Part shown: positions 14,515 to 27,100 of the stretch, piece after piece
Position numbering within the stretch: the first letter of the stretch is position 1
Layout of the letters: each line of letters opens with the position of its first letter
Origin: Eledone cirrhosa
Taxonomy: Eukaryota
Direction of reading: 5' to 3'
Length of the DNA: 64,000 nucleotides
Assembly: GCA_964016885.1 (NCBI GenBank)
Contig: OZ024743.1
Span: 155,000,001 to 155,064,000, forward strand
Program-made: the position numbers and the translations under genes
The notes under the pieces: generated by a model
Database searches by the model: none
What the model was told of the DNA's origin: nothing
Seen by the model: the letters and a program-made list of their open reading frames with translations, nothing else

Positions 14515-14928
14515 TGCCCGCTCTTTATCGAGTATGGCCATTGCACGATATACCATTATTAATAATTATTAATTAATTCTATCAGGCAATGCCTGTGTGT
14601 GAAGATATTTTTTAAAGTGAGAAAAGACTGTGCTCTAACCCAATCCCACTCCCTGAGCGACATTAGCTATAACCCGAAAAGAAGAAAGATCAACGTCATC
14701 GGTTACTACTGAGCCGCAGATTTTATATCGGAGTTATCCCAGTTTCCTGAGTTGCATTCTCGTAGAAGGATGCCCTGAAAAAGGCTAGGGTCCTTCACTC
14801 CCAGTGGTTTAACCGTGCTATCGGGTGTCCAGCCCGACTACTTCTATGTCCACGCGCATATACATACACATGCACCCATGTATATACACATATACATATA
14901 CATATTTACACACTATTCTTCCGCCCTT

Positions 14929-14974
<46 letters not shown>

Positions 14975-15001
14975 ACATGCATACAGACACACACACACAT
15001 A

Positions 15002-15057
<56 letters not shown>

Positions 15058-15064
<7 letters not shown>

Positions 15065-15700
15065 GAGATAAGCGGAACAAGTGAAATTCAAACAATCTTT
15101 CACAATTAATTCAAAAAATGTAATTTAGATATTTTCCTATCCGTATTGCTTTTACCGACGGTTTCGCCGACAAAAGATTGGAGATCCGAGGGACTTCCAA
15201 TGGAAAGTTCGGATCTTCAGAAACCACTTTCCTTTACATAGGACATAACGTCCCGCAGCCGGTAAATATATTGCCTTCAGCCAGCTAGTGCAGGATCGAA
15301 TGGGACCGTAAACGTAACTTACACGTGAACAGGTCGTTAGTAGAAGCGGCAGTAGAAATAGATGTGTGGCCTGCCACACCACTAAAAATAGCAGCTAGGT
15401 AAACAACGGATTTTATCTCTACACATAGGATAATATAGATAAATTGAGATCAATATCCCCACTGGTACTAAGTACCCTCGTATAATATATAGGGTCTCTA
15501 TGATACAGTTGTTGTTCAATGGTATTAATTTCACATACAAAACCTATAAAATTGAGATAAGCGGAACAAGTAAAATTCAAAGAATCTTTCAAAATAAATT
15601 CAAAAAATATAATTAAAATATTTACCTATCCATATTGCTTTTACCGACGGTTTTCGCCTCACAAAAGATTGGAATTCCGAGGAACCTGCAATGGAAAGTT
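15058..15700 (-). mobile_element. HHR-bearing element, partial tandem (period about 489), abutting (TA)n
   Basis: taaaattgagataagcggaacaagt...ccaatggaaagtt occurs at 15058-15209 and 15547-15700. Confidence 0.75.
15151..15225 (-). ncRNA. Hammerhead core motif with weak helix I
   Basis: CTGAAGA-T-CCGA...TCGG-C-GAAAC-C-GTC-GGTAAA on the minus strand. Confidence 0.5.
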
Positions 15701-16475
15701 TGTAGTTTTTCCAAATTGAAGGATGAGTATTTAAACTTTATTTTATTCTGAGTTAAGACTCTTGATTTTTCACTGGATTTCACAAAATCTGTGGATAACA
15801 TTTCTTACTTGACGTTTTTTTTAATTGAGTTTGAATTATTTTCCCATATCTTACGTTAATTATTTTCCATTTTGACGTTATAGTCACTTATATATTATGA
15901 AATACTGTTGGCTTCTTGCTCACATCAATTTCTCTATTTTCATTTATATTTATACTCGGAATTTTTCCTAGAGTGCTTAACCTTATTTGTGACAAATCTC
16001 GTTCTTTAAAAAAAAAAACCCCGAAAATATTGCTATTTTGCTGAAATCCTTACATTTTGTAGAGTTTTTCGGAATGATTTTGACTGCTGTTTCTTGTAAA
16101 TAGACATTTGTCTCATTCTGACGTCACCAACCATGTCTCTCCATGTGTGTTTATTTTCATAATTCCGCACGAGGTGAACAAGTCTGCTTTTAAATTCCCT
16201 TTTTGGCATATTTTGGCAGTGGCCTTTTGGTTATCGCGTTGAGCTCTACTGAAGAACGACTCCAACCGTGACTAATCCCACTGAAAAGTTTCGTGAAATA
16301 GTCTTTTTAAGACTATATAGAGCATTTGTAGTTTTTCCAAATTGAAGGATGAGTATTTAAACTTTTGAATTGAGTTTGAATTATCTTCCCATATCTTACG
16401 TTAATTACATTCCATTTTGACGTTATAGTCACTTATATATTATGAAATACTGTTGGCTTCTTGCTCACATTAATT
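15699..16475 (+). mobile_element. Second copy of the 13545 HHR element, followed by a SINE core fragment (16476-16520)
   Basis: Collinear with 13545-14375. Internal repeat 15699-15935 vs 16325-16475. Confidence 0.8.
16243..16323 (+). ncRNA. Type I hammerhead ribozyme motif
   Basis: GCTCTA-CTGAAGA-ACGA...TCGT-GAAAT-AGTCTT-TTT-AAGACT-ATA-TAGAGC. All three helices pair, and helix I covaries with the 14042 copy (G-C to A-U). Confidence 0.85.
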
Positions 16476-17057
16476 TCCGAGGCTAAATTTGCCTTTCATC
16501 CTTACGGGGTCGAAGAAATAAAGAAATAAAGAAATAAAGAAAGAAATATTTCTTTCTTTCTTTATTTATTTATTTATTTCTTTATTTATTTATATAGCCT
16601 AGCAATAGCTACAGATTTAGGTCGTAGAAATTGCTCATATTTTTTTCTTTACATTTATTCGCTTTTTATAACACTCAGTATTTTTTTTTTTCATATATAT
16701 ATTTTTACCCTCATTGTTCTACTTACCGTTTCGACTTCCTCCCCCTCCCCCTCCCTAGTATCTTCTTTGACTTCATGCCCAGCTGTAGCCGGCACAGCCA
16801 ACGCATGATTGGGTCTACTCCACCCCCTTCCCTTTTTCTCCTACTGGCAGGTTTAGCCACCCTCTCCCCCACTAATTTGCCATCACAGAATTACTACTAA
16901 CTTGTGACAAATCCTTGTGACAATCACTTTGACCGTACATGGAATTACTCCTTGAGAAGCTCGGCTATTTATATACCAGGATAAATTTTCATTTAGTCCA
17001 GAATTAGCCGTCGAAACGATTTGAGCTCAGCCGTCGGGGTCTTACTGGTTCCTATAT

Positions 17058-17146
<89 letters not shown>

Positions 17147-17197
17147 TTTATATATATAACTGCGTATATGTATATATATATACATATATATATATAC

Positions 17198-17280
<83 letters not shown>

Positions 17281-17287
<7 letters not shown>

Positions 17288-18130
17288 AATATGGGGAGAA
17301 TACTGTATGGTTGCACATGGATTACATATTATAAAATTAGTCCCTCATCAGTGATCTGCCAACGATCATTGGTATTTCATCGCAATACACATCATATACC
17401 TCACGTTGGTGCGAGCAATGACTAAAATAAGCTATTGGGACAAGTCAAACGCGTAAAGCGAGTGAAACATGTAAACAACATCGAAGAAAGGCTAACCGAA
17501 GATGGGAAGAAAACAAGCAGCATGGTTATTCGATTAGCGTAAGCTGGGTGAATTCATGACCGTTTAGCAAACAGACCTTTCGCTGTGAATGCGATGTGAG
17601 AAAGAAAGATCCGACTCCTAGTGAACGGGAGGAAGTGAGAAGGGGAGAAACAGAGAGTGAGTGAGTGGAAGTGCGAGGAAGAGGGCAGTCGAGAGAAAGT
17701 GTTAACTGACAGAGGTGACGAAAGAAGGTAAGAGAAACAGAGAGAACGAGGGAGCAGTAAGAGAGAAAGAGAGAAACAGAAAATCGCAGTTTAGGTAAAT
17801 ATATGAAAAATATGGGGAGAAGAATACTGCATGGTTGCACATGGATTACATATTATATAATTAGTCCCTCATCAGTGATTTACCAACGGTCATTGGTATT
17901 TCATCGCATTAAAAATCATATACCTTACGTCGGTGCGAGTAATATCTAAAATAAGCTATTGGGACAAGTGAAACGCGATGTTGTTTACTTGTCTCACTTG
18001 CTTTACGCGTTTCACTTGTTCCAATAGCTTATTTTAGTTAGTGCTCGCACCGACGTGAGGTATATGATTTTAATGCGATGAAATACCAATGATCGTTGGC
18101 AAATCACTGATGAGGGACTGATTTTATAAT
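17281..18130. mobile_element. Tandem (period about 521) plus inverted non-coding element flanked by (TA)n
   Basis: 17281-17460 is repeated at 17802-17977, and 17975-18130 is an inverted copy. The architecture resembles the PLE-type units elsewhere in the window. Confidence 0.75.
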
Positions 18131-18158
18131 ATATATATATATATATAACTGTGTATAT

Positions 18159-18207
<49 letters not shown>

Positions 18208-18304
18208 TAAACGGAATAGAAAATGCTGACAAGTTGTTCACATTTGAAAAATAGTTTAATTAGGAATAAAAGAGTATTAGTAATTGTATGGGTTAGTATT
18301 CAGT

Positions 18305-18494
18305 TGTGGTTTTAAGTTTTTATGTTTTTACCGGCTGCGCATTTCTAAATGCTTTTCAAAAATAATTTTGAGATAGAGTGTCCGTGTTGTTTTCTCTGAT
18401 GAGAGAAAACAACACGGACACTCTATCTCAAAATTATTTTTGAAAAGCATTTAGAAATGCGCAACCGGTAAAAACTTAAAAACTTAAAACAACA
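18305..18494. repeat. Near-perfect hairpin with about 90-bp arms and CTGATGA at the apex
   Basis: Arms 18305-18397 and 18402-18494 with loop gatg. GAAATGCGCA lies in the arms. Confidence 0.9.
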
Positions 18495-18519
18495 TATATT
18501 TCATTGGAAGAATGTCTAC

Positions 18520-19670
18520 TCTCAGACCATGACATGGTTCTCTGTGATCTGAGATTCCGCTGTACAAAAGTAAACCCAATAACATCTCCCCAGCCCATCC
18601 ATCATGCAGAGTGGGAGGCGATCAATCATGATCTTGCCCCTGTGGATTGGTCTTTCACGCACACTCACATCCCCCACTAACATTAAAAACAATCCTAGCG
18701 GACATTTGTAGACCGTATAACAAATATATGTGTAAAACATACCCTATTAAGGCCTGCAAACAAATCTAAAAGCAGTGCCCCTGGAAATAGAAGAACACTT
18801 ATCTGATTAATTAAAAGAATTAACAGAATAATCAACAAACTGAAATACTGGCAGCAACAACGCATCTGTTTGACAGCGGCTGCATCACTAGATCGAAAAA
18901 AGAACACAACCCTCAAAACCGCATAATCTCCATCATCAATTATAAAAAGGCAGCTGAAAAGGCCTGGGCCATTGAGAAAATCAAATTCAATCCCAAAGTG
19001 TTCTTCTCGTTTGTGAAAAGCACAAGGCCACTTTTGGCCCTCTTATTTGGAAAATTGCCACTCTCCAAGATAATGCTAAAACCATGGGTGAGATACTATA
19101 GAAACAATACTGCTCTGTTTTCAACAATCCTGATATGTTTGATCTGGGATGTATCAGTGATGTTATTCTCCAACCCACTATATCGGACAAAACGATTTGT
19201 GGCCATGATAACTTAGCGACAATAAACGAAACAAATCACAATTCAGCACAAGTCGCCTATAGGTTCCCTGCTTGTGTCCTGAAAGGGTGTTGATACCAAC
19301 TTGCATTTCCTCTAGATAATCTGTGGAGGAACCTACCGAATGCTCGATATATACCAGAACACTTAATATCCCAGTCTGTTGTCCCAGTTTTTCTAAAAGG
19401 GAAATAATTCCCTTTCAGTCAATTACCGTCTGGTCTCATTCACCTCTCATATTATTAATGCATGTGAGAGGGTGGTGAGATCAGTAAAACTTTTACTTTC
19501 TTGAAAACAATTTTTTGCTGAATTCCAACCAGCATTGCTTCCGTAATGGAAGGGATTGCTTAACACATCTACTGCATCGTTTTATGACACTTTTATGACA
19601 CTTATGTCATCTATCTCGACTTCTGAAAGGCCGTTGACAGGGTTGATAACAACATCCTACTGAATAAACA
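18520..19670 (+). mobile_element. Degenerate CR1-like LINE ORF2 fragment
   Basis: EKIKFNPKVFFSFVK, FPACVLKGC, NYRLVSFTSHIINACERVVR, NQHCFRNGRDCLTHLL, VIYLDF.KAVDRVD; many stops and frameshifts. Confidence 0.75.
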
Positions 19671-19789
19671 GGAGATATTTGAGTCTCCTTTCACACTATA
19701 CCATAAAAAAGATGGCACCGTCAGCAGCTATGCTGACACCAATGGCTGCCCCCCAATTTTGGATGGAGATCTTCTCGTTGAATTTGAAT

Positions 19790-20320
19790 ATATGGCCCTT
19801 TAGGATAGTTTAATACTAGCCCCTATTGCATGCGCGACCATTTTTCTTACTTGATCATTGTTTTGGGGGTCCGTATGGCTTTGGTCCACCCAATCCACCT
19901 TCGCATGGGAGTCTCTTTTGCCTTGTAAGTTATGGGGGAGGGGGTCTACCACACGGTCTACTGAGGCTGAAACGGCTAAGGTCATGGCTGTCTAGGTAGT
20001 TGGTGTCATAGGTAAGTCTAAGTAGGAGGCCCAGTTCATATGTGTCGACGTCGCAGTACTCCCCCACACTCTCATTGATCATCTCCACACATTTTTCCAC
20101 AGCAAAATCAATGTTAATGGATGGGTATAGTGATGCACGTCCATACTGCCTATTATGCAGTTAGATAGGTTTTTGTGTCTGCTGCATTCATTGATTCTGC
20201 TGAGAAGGTCCTCTGCACTGTCACATACACTGGGGAGATCTTGATTATTGAGCGGAATTAGGAGATCCTGTAGTTGCTAGCGATATTGGCTCCGCATACA
20301 AGTCTTGTTGGTGGTCCTGA
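19790..20320 (-). mobile_element. Penelope-like RT fragment (family of 47060-48990)
   Basis: IIGSMDV/ASLYPSINIDFA (RT motif A) and QVRKMVAHAIGASIK, collinear with 47990-48520. Confidence 0.75.
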
Positions 20321-20825
20321 TACTGATTTAAGAGAAATATAAATAAATAAATAAGTAAATATATTCTCAAGCACAATAACAACAAACACAGATAAACACA
20401 CGCTAGTAAACTAAGATAGAATACAATAACCAAACCACAGTCACCTAAAAGCGAACACACACCAAGCACTATACACACGCGTAAACGCATGCGCAGAGGA
20501 AGAGGACAAAAATGAATATATAAACAAACAGATAAAATAAAAATGGCGTAGATATACAATACAACAGGAGGAACATAATAGTACCACTGATGATGTTGCA
20601 GATGTTCAAAGAAAGAACTTTGTTAGACTATATATATTTGTTTATATATATATAACATATCTGTATTGTTGACCGTTTGTCAGCCAATGGTAAATATTGA
20701 GGACCGAATGAAATAACTGTGGAGTTATAAAAGATACAGAAGCGAAAACCAACCAAACAGTGAGTGTGTTCTGCTATTATTTCTGGCAATATTACTACAA
20801 CAATATGACCCTCCCCAAGTTTAAC

Positions 20826-20904
<79 letters not shown>

Positions 20905-20986
20905 GTTATTCCGGGTTGAATCGGAGGTAACCACAGTAAGTAAGGTACTCAATACATAGCAGAGTATAAAAGTTTTAATATAGAAG

Positions 20987-21037
20987 AGATTCTACAGGAC
21001 TAGAACTGTTTCATTCATTAGAAATCATCAGGAATCT
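20987..21037 (-). ncRNA. Type I hammerhead ribozyme motif in a 320-bp element (20903-21218) between (TA)n tracts
   Basis: AGATTC-CTGATGA-TTTC-TAAT-GAAT-GAAAC-AG-TTCTAGTC-CT-GTA-GAATCT. Confidence 0.8.
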
Positions 21038-21213
21038 GGGTATCAAAAAATAAAAATGGTATTTATAGGTCTCTACAAGTGGTAGGAGAGGGTGGGCAGT
21101 GGGATGGGTGTAGGTCATTGGTTGATAGAAAAGGGAATTCATTAAAAGCTAATTCTACAAAGCTATAGTTTATTTTTATTTATTCATGTTTTTAGAGTAA
21201 CAAGGGCAGACAG

Positions 21214-21287
<74 letters not shown>

Positions 21288-21335
21288 CTATGTATGTATA
21301 TGTGTGTATATTTTTTATATATATGTATATATTTG

Positions 21336-21368
<33 letters not shown>

Positions 21369-21549
21369 GTATATATGTGTGTGCATTCCTCTACCCCTAA
21401 ATTAAATGTCTACTACTTCTATTCTATCAACTTGACCTCTTACTACTTTTCTATTGGTCAATTCAAAATTTGTTCCCAAACAGTCCTATTATATTAAATT
21501 TGTGTTGGTTTGTTTCCAATAAACAAATATCATTATTTATGAAAACAAT

Positions 21550-21603
21550 AAAGTACCAGTAATGTACTGGGTAATTGCTGGCCTTGTGCCAAAAGTAGAA
21601 ACA
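21550..21603 (+). mobile_element. 5'-truncated SINE 3' end with TSD
   Basis: aaagtaccagtaatgtactgggtaattgctggccttgtgccaaaagtagaaaca flanked on both sides by attatttatgaaaacaat. Confidence 0.85.
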
Positions 21604-22088
21604 ATTATTTATGAAAACAATTATTTCTGAAGACAGCATATATATATGAAGATATATATATTTCCTGTGATAGTTTGTAAAATGTTTGCATAGATCTATA
21701 TGATATACATACCAACACACATATATATCCTTCAAACGATCGTAAAATAATGAATATTTTAATATAAGGAACAAGTTCTTTGTTTTTATTCATTGTTTTT
21801 ATTAATTTATCTTAACTCTGTTTTCCTATGATTTTCATCGAAAATTTTTTTTGGAATGCATCTTCTTTTTTCATGATATTTGGATTACATTGACTTATTC
21901 ATACGGATTGGACACTACCGTATATTTTGGTAGGTTTATCTACATATATATATATATAATAGGATATGTGTTCCTTCACGCACAAGGCGCTAAGGGACGC
22001 ATGTATTGTCCAACCAAATGTCAATGTGGTTCAATGGCAGGTTAATAAATTAACGAGCCAAGAATTTTATATTCTTCGAATGAAAAGA

Positions 22089-22172
22089 ACCTTCTGACGA
22101 GAATCTTTCTTTGCAACGAAGGCCGTATGGTCTCCGTTTATTTTTTGGGATTCGAAACCGATCGGTAAAGGT
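22089..22172 (+). ncRNA. Type I hammerhead ribozyme motif, fully canonical
   Basis: ACCTT-CTGACGA-GAATCT...GGATTC-GAAAC-CGATCG-GTA-AAGGT. G-C closes helix II and helix III is the palindrome ACCGATCGGT. The element ends in (TA)n at about 22243. Confidence 0.88.
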
Positions 22173-22239
22173 AACTATAGTAGGTAAAGTCAATTTTTTA
22201 AAATTTATTTTGAAACTTTTTCATTATTTGCTAAACCTT

Positions 22240-22321
<82 letters not shown>

Positions 22322-22329
22322 GTACATTA

Positions 22330-23369
22330 CTATATATATAAAACATAGGATGTCTGTCTCTCTGTGTAAATCCCTAAAACTCTAGAAGTTCCCGACCAAT
22401 TATTTTGAAACTTTACACCTGCGTTACTTATGTTTTTGAAGTATAATGGGCAATCGATTTTAACTTTCTCTGTCCTAGGACCCGCAGGAGTAGAAAAACC
22501 GCATTTTTTAGGCATTCTTAGGCTGTTTTTAGGCATCACTTAAGGATAATACAGCCGATTTCTTTGACATTTGCAGCACATATTAGTTAGTTCCCTCAGA
22601 TTTTTGTGGACAAAGAAAAAATTCCGATTCCATCAATGGCTTCTAGGAAAGTTACGAATTAGCATTGGGAATTACATGCCATTTTCATTTTCAATATAAA
22701 TGCTACTTAAACATCGTAAGTAGCGTATACTATTTCGTAAAAAATTTGGTTTATTGAGCAGATGACACGGCAGTCTAAGCAGTACCATTTTCGGAGGATT
22801 GAGGAAATGAGGAGGACCTTAACATTTTTGCCGGTACCCTGTTCACGCTTCGTGCTTTCATCACGCGCAAAACCGGGCCCTGTGTACGTTGTCGTTTTAT
22901 TGACACCGTAAAACTCACGTCTGTGCTACCTCTACTAAGACCCCTGCGTTTGTGCCGCCCAGCGATTGTGCTGATTGCCCTATGACTCCCTTCTCCAGCA
23001 GCTGCGTTGCCATGCTGATTTTGTCATCTCAATATTGCTACTTAAACGTATATTCCAACTTAGCTTTCGCACAATTGACTACGTCGCTCCTTCAGACTGA
23101 CGTGTGTACGCCATCCGTGACGCAATTCGGGAATATATTTACTACCTACATCGCACCACAACACTTACTGACTCGTTTCGCATACAGGCTCTCCGCCCCC
23201 AAACACTGCTACTATTGGATTCGGCCTGCTGTTGTTCTACGTTTCCAGTAGATGAACAATCATTCCCTGAGAATAAGGGAATTCAGAATGTACACATCTA
23301 CATTCCTCAATCTTTGCATGTGTGTGTTTCACGTTTCGTATCCCATGCAACGCCGCGTCCTGCTGCTAG
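22330..23369 (+). mobile_element. Helitron-like non-autonomous element
   Basis: 5' ctatatatataaaa..gatgtctgtctc; 3' GC-rich cccatgcaacgccgcgtcctgctg ending CTAG followed by T. No TSD or TIR seen. Confidence 0.6.
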
Positions 23370-23387
23370 TATATATATATATATATA

Positions 23388-23478
23388 CTAGCAGCAGGAC
23401 GCGGCGTTGCACGGGATACGAAACGTGAACCACACACATGCAAAGATAGATTGAGGAATGTAGCTGTGTACATTATAT
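23388..23478 (-). mobile_element. Second Helitron-like 3' end, tail-to-tail with the previous element
   Basis: Reverse complement of 23285-23369, separated from it by a short (TA)n. Confidence 0.65.
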
Positions 23479-23479
23479 G

Positions 23480-23576
<97 letters not shown>

Positions 23577-23706
23577 GGACGTGGATGCAGTGATTTTCTC
23601 AATGGCTTGGAATCCAGTCCACGCTTCGCTATTTCCATTCCACTGAATTATTTTTTTAATAAGTTTCCAGTGTCCTCGCTATGCCTGGAGACCTATACGG
23701 AAAAAG

Positions 23707-23789
23707 ACTTTCCTGATGACGGAATGATTTTCAATATGTTTCTTCGGAAAATATATTTACTCCATTCCAGAAACTAATTAGTTGGAAGT
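23707..23789 (+). ncRNA. Type I hammerhead ribozyme motif
   Basis: ACTTTC-CTGATGA-C-GGAATG...CATTCC-A-GAAAC-TAATTA-GTT-GGAAGT, with palindrome ACTAATTAGT. Confidence 0.85.
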
Positions 23790-24230
23790 GATTTTTTAGT
23801 AAGTAAGTTAATTTTATAATTTTCTTATTTTACGTCTCTCATATTATTGTTCTGCAACCCCATGCATTGAACCACATTGTTAATAAGACAAAACCTATAT
23901 ATTTGCTAGCATTGATATGCATCTGTGTGTATATAAATGTTACTAGATATAAATTCTCTATAATTATCTCCAATTCATTTGTCGAGCAATATTTGGCCAT
24001 GACTGCTACTATGGTAGTAAGCTGGCCACTGTCTTAATAACCACTCGCTTTCCACTGATTGACCTCGATGTCACGTGATTGATTCTTTTTGAATTTGCCA
24101 CGGACGTGGAGGCAGTGATTTTTCTCAATGGCTTGGAATCCAGCCACGCTTCGCTATTTCCATTCCCTGAATTATTTTTTTAATAAGTTTCCAGTGTCCT
24201 CGCTATGCCTGGAGACCTATACGGTAAAAG

Positions 24231-24313
24231 ACTTTCCTGATGACGGAATGATTTTTTATATGTTTCTTCGGAAAATATATTTACTCCATTCCAGAAACTA
24301 ATTAGTTGGAAGT
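24231..24313 (+). ncRNA. Type I hammerhead ribozyme motif (tandem copy)
   Basis: Same motif as 23707, 524 bp downstream. Confidence 0.85.
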
Positions 24314-24479
24314 GATTTTTTAGTAAGTAAGTTAATTTTATAATTTTCTTATTTTACGTCTCTCATATTATTGTTCTGCAACCCCATGCATTGAACCACA
24401 TTGTTAATAAGACAAAACCTATATATTTGCTAGCATTGATATGCATCTGTGTGTATATAAATGTTACTAGATATAAATT

Positions 24480-24513
<34 letters not shown>

Positions 24514-24914
24514 AAGCATTAAAATGTAGATTCGTTACAAATCACTTTAACAAAGACAAAACAATGAGTATCGTATGTACTTAGCTACATTTTTTAAACA
24601 AATCTATCCACTCTTTAATTTGACTTAAAATTCACAATTATAGCTTTCTCATACACTTGTATTCTGTTTCACACTGTCTCCCTACCACCCTGTCTTAGAC
24701 TCGTATATACATACACAGACCAACCCAGGTGCACACATGTATATACGTACACAAAAGCACATATATCGTGTTAATACATCGTATACATATATCGTATTAA
24801 TACATGTTTATATATATGAATATATATATATATATATGAATGTGTATATATAAATATATATATATATATATATGTGGGGCGTGTATGTGTGTGTGTAAGT
24901 GTGTGTAAGTATGT

Positions 24915-24985
<71 letters not shown>

Positions 24986-26603
24986 CATACATGTGCATTA
25001 ACATTGAAACCTTACAATAATGGAAATGTACCATCAAATCCAGGATACCTCATAAAGCATACACATCTCAGAGAAAAATCAACCGCTAATCAAGTCTATT
25101 CAATTTGCTCAATGGGCATGACACATGAATAACCAAATATTTACATATATAGCAATTAACTGTTCTGTACCTCTTTCTCTATATAAGCACCAATCATCAA
25201 TGTACCTCCTGGAAAGGATCTACTAGATTTTACTTTAACAACAATATACTTTGATTAGTAAAATGTTGTTGACTACATTCATATCTTATTTTAAGTATAT
25301 ATTAACTTTTACATTTTATTGCGGTAGTTTGTTCTTTACCCACAGTGACATACGTAAACTTCCTACCTCGACTCACAGAAGAAAATAACTGAAAGGAAAT
25401 GTTCAATACGAGATGTAGCATCAGTTAATACTTATTAGAGGCTGTAAACTTTACTAGCAGTATCCCGTTTGAATACTTCATATCAGAAACCTAAAATTTG
25501 GTTTAACGGTTACTCATATTTTCTATCTACTGTATCTATATATGTAAGTATGTATGTATGTATATATATCTGTATTCATGTATGTGTGTATATATGTATA
25601 TACGTTTGTATGCATGTACGTGTGTATGTATGCATGTATATATGTATGCATGTACGCATATTCATACATACATATCAATTAATGTACCCTTGTAAACATA
25701 TTTATATATGGTTATATCCATGTTAATATGAATTTCTTCCTCACGCGTTCGATAAAATTATAATACCAGTAAATTATTGGATCGGTATACCATACTTTCT
25801 ATTTCACCTCAAAATTGTAGTCCGACCACTCTGAAATATATCGTTATTAAAAAGGCATTATTTCAAAATATTTCCTTTATAAATTCGACCGCAATTTATA
25901 ATTTTTTTACGAATGGAATTATGAATATCGTAGTGAATTATCAAAATTACAATTATTTGGCACATCCATAAATTTGTTAACAAAATTCCATGATAACTGG
26001 ATGGTCACAAACAAGCACTATTTTAACAATAGGATTCAATCATTTAATGTTAGTGATACTATGCGTAATGTATTGTATTTAAAGATCACGCACTCAATCT
26101 TTGAACTGTTGTACAGCAAAACAAAAAAGTTACATGCTTATAGACGACATGCTATGGCAACAATTTCCTGGCAAAATACTAACTATTGATTCTATCGTAG
26201 AATGCATGTTATAACTAATGCATATAAGACTGTTTTTTTTAATAAAAAAAAGACCTAAGTAACATGGGCTTGAAGGGAAATCTGATTAGCCAAGATCAAA
26301 TATTGCAATCCTCACATATCTTAAGGCAGCCTTCCAGAAATGTTGGAAATGCATGTCAATATTCTCTCTAAAGCTATGGTGAATCTAATCAATAATTGCT
26401 TCGAGATTATGCACAACAGGAATATGTCAATTTAGGTCAGTGCATGACGTTGTATTATCGTTAGTTTTCAATGCTAGATACGGAAACGGATCAGAGGAGA
26501 AGAATAAGATACTGCATTTGTTCAGTAAATACATCTAAGTGTGTATGGCAGGAAAGACATTTAGAATAGGAAGGTGAAATAGTACACTCGCATCGTGACA
26601 CAT

Positions 26604-26605
<2 letters not shown>

Positions 26606-26700
<95 letters not shown>

Positions 26701-26719
26701 TACACACACACACACACCT

Positions 26720-26767
<48 letters not shown>

Positions 26768-26796
26768 GTCACACACATATATACGACACACACACA
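26606..26796. repeat. (CA)n microsatellite
   Basis: Directly visible. Confidence 0.95.
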
Positions 26797-26859
26797 CGTC
26801 TCTAATTTAAGAATTCCCGACAAAATGACGCGCGCGCACATAGACACACTGTTCTATTA

Positions 26860-27100
26860 CCACTGAAGAGCTTTGGTCCAGGAAAACATCCCCTCAATTT
26901 TGAAACCATCTGGGTTCTCCAGAATTGATGGGAAAAGACGTGACGGTCTTACCCTGTGATCCTAGTGAAGAGGCAGATGCTTGTCTGGGACATCACAGTT
27001 AGTGACTCTTTTGCTTGTTCCCACATCCCGGATGTAGCAGTAAGGGCGAGAGCGAGGGCATCCGCAGCTGAACAGAACAACATCTCAAAATACCGTGAGT
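26860..27100 (+). mobile_element. Restriction-like endonuclease remnant of a CRE-like non-LTR retrotransposon
   Basis: ILKPSGFSRIDGKRRDGLTL..LVWDITVSDSFACSH..AAEQNNISKY matches the R-P-D-G..WDVTV..AE..K..KY pattern of this endonuclease class. Confidence 0.65.

Larger units (their letters stand above)
23576..24482 (+). mobile_element. Tandem 1.7-mer of a 524-bp HHR-containing unit inserted in (TA)n
   Basis: 23576-23955 is nearly identical to 24101-24480. HHRs at 23707 and 24231. No ORF of note. Confidence 0.9.

Noticed and set aside
20587-20630. CTGATGA...GAAA
   Set aside because: No convincing helices.
23576-24482. Tandem repeats read as a CRISPR-like array
   Set aside because: Units are over 500 bp with no unique spacers and no cas genes, in a eukaryotic context.
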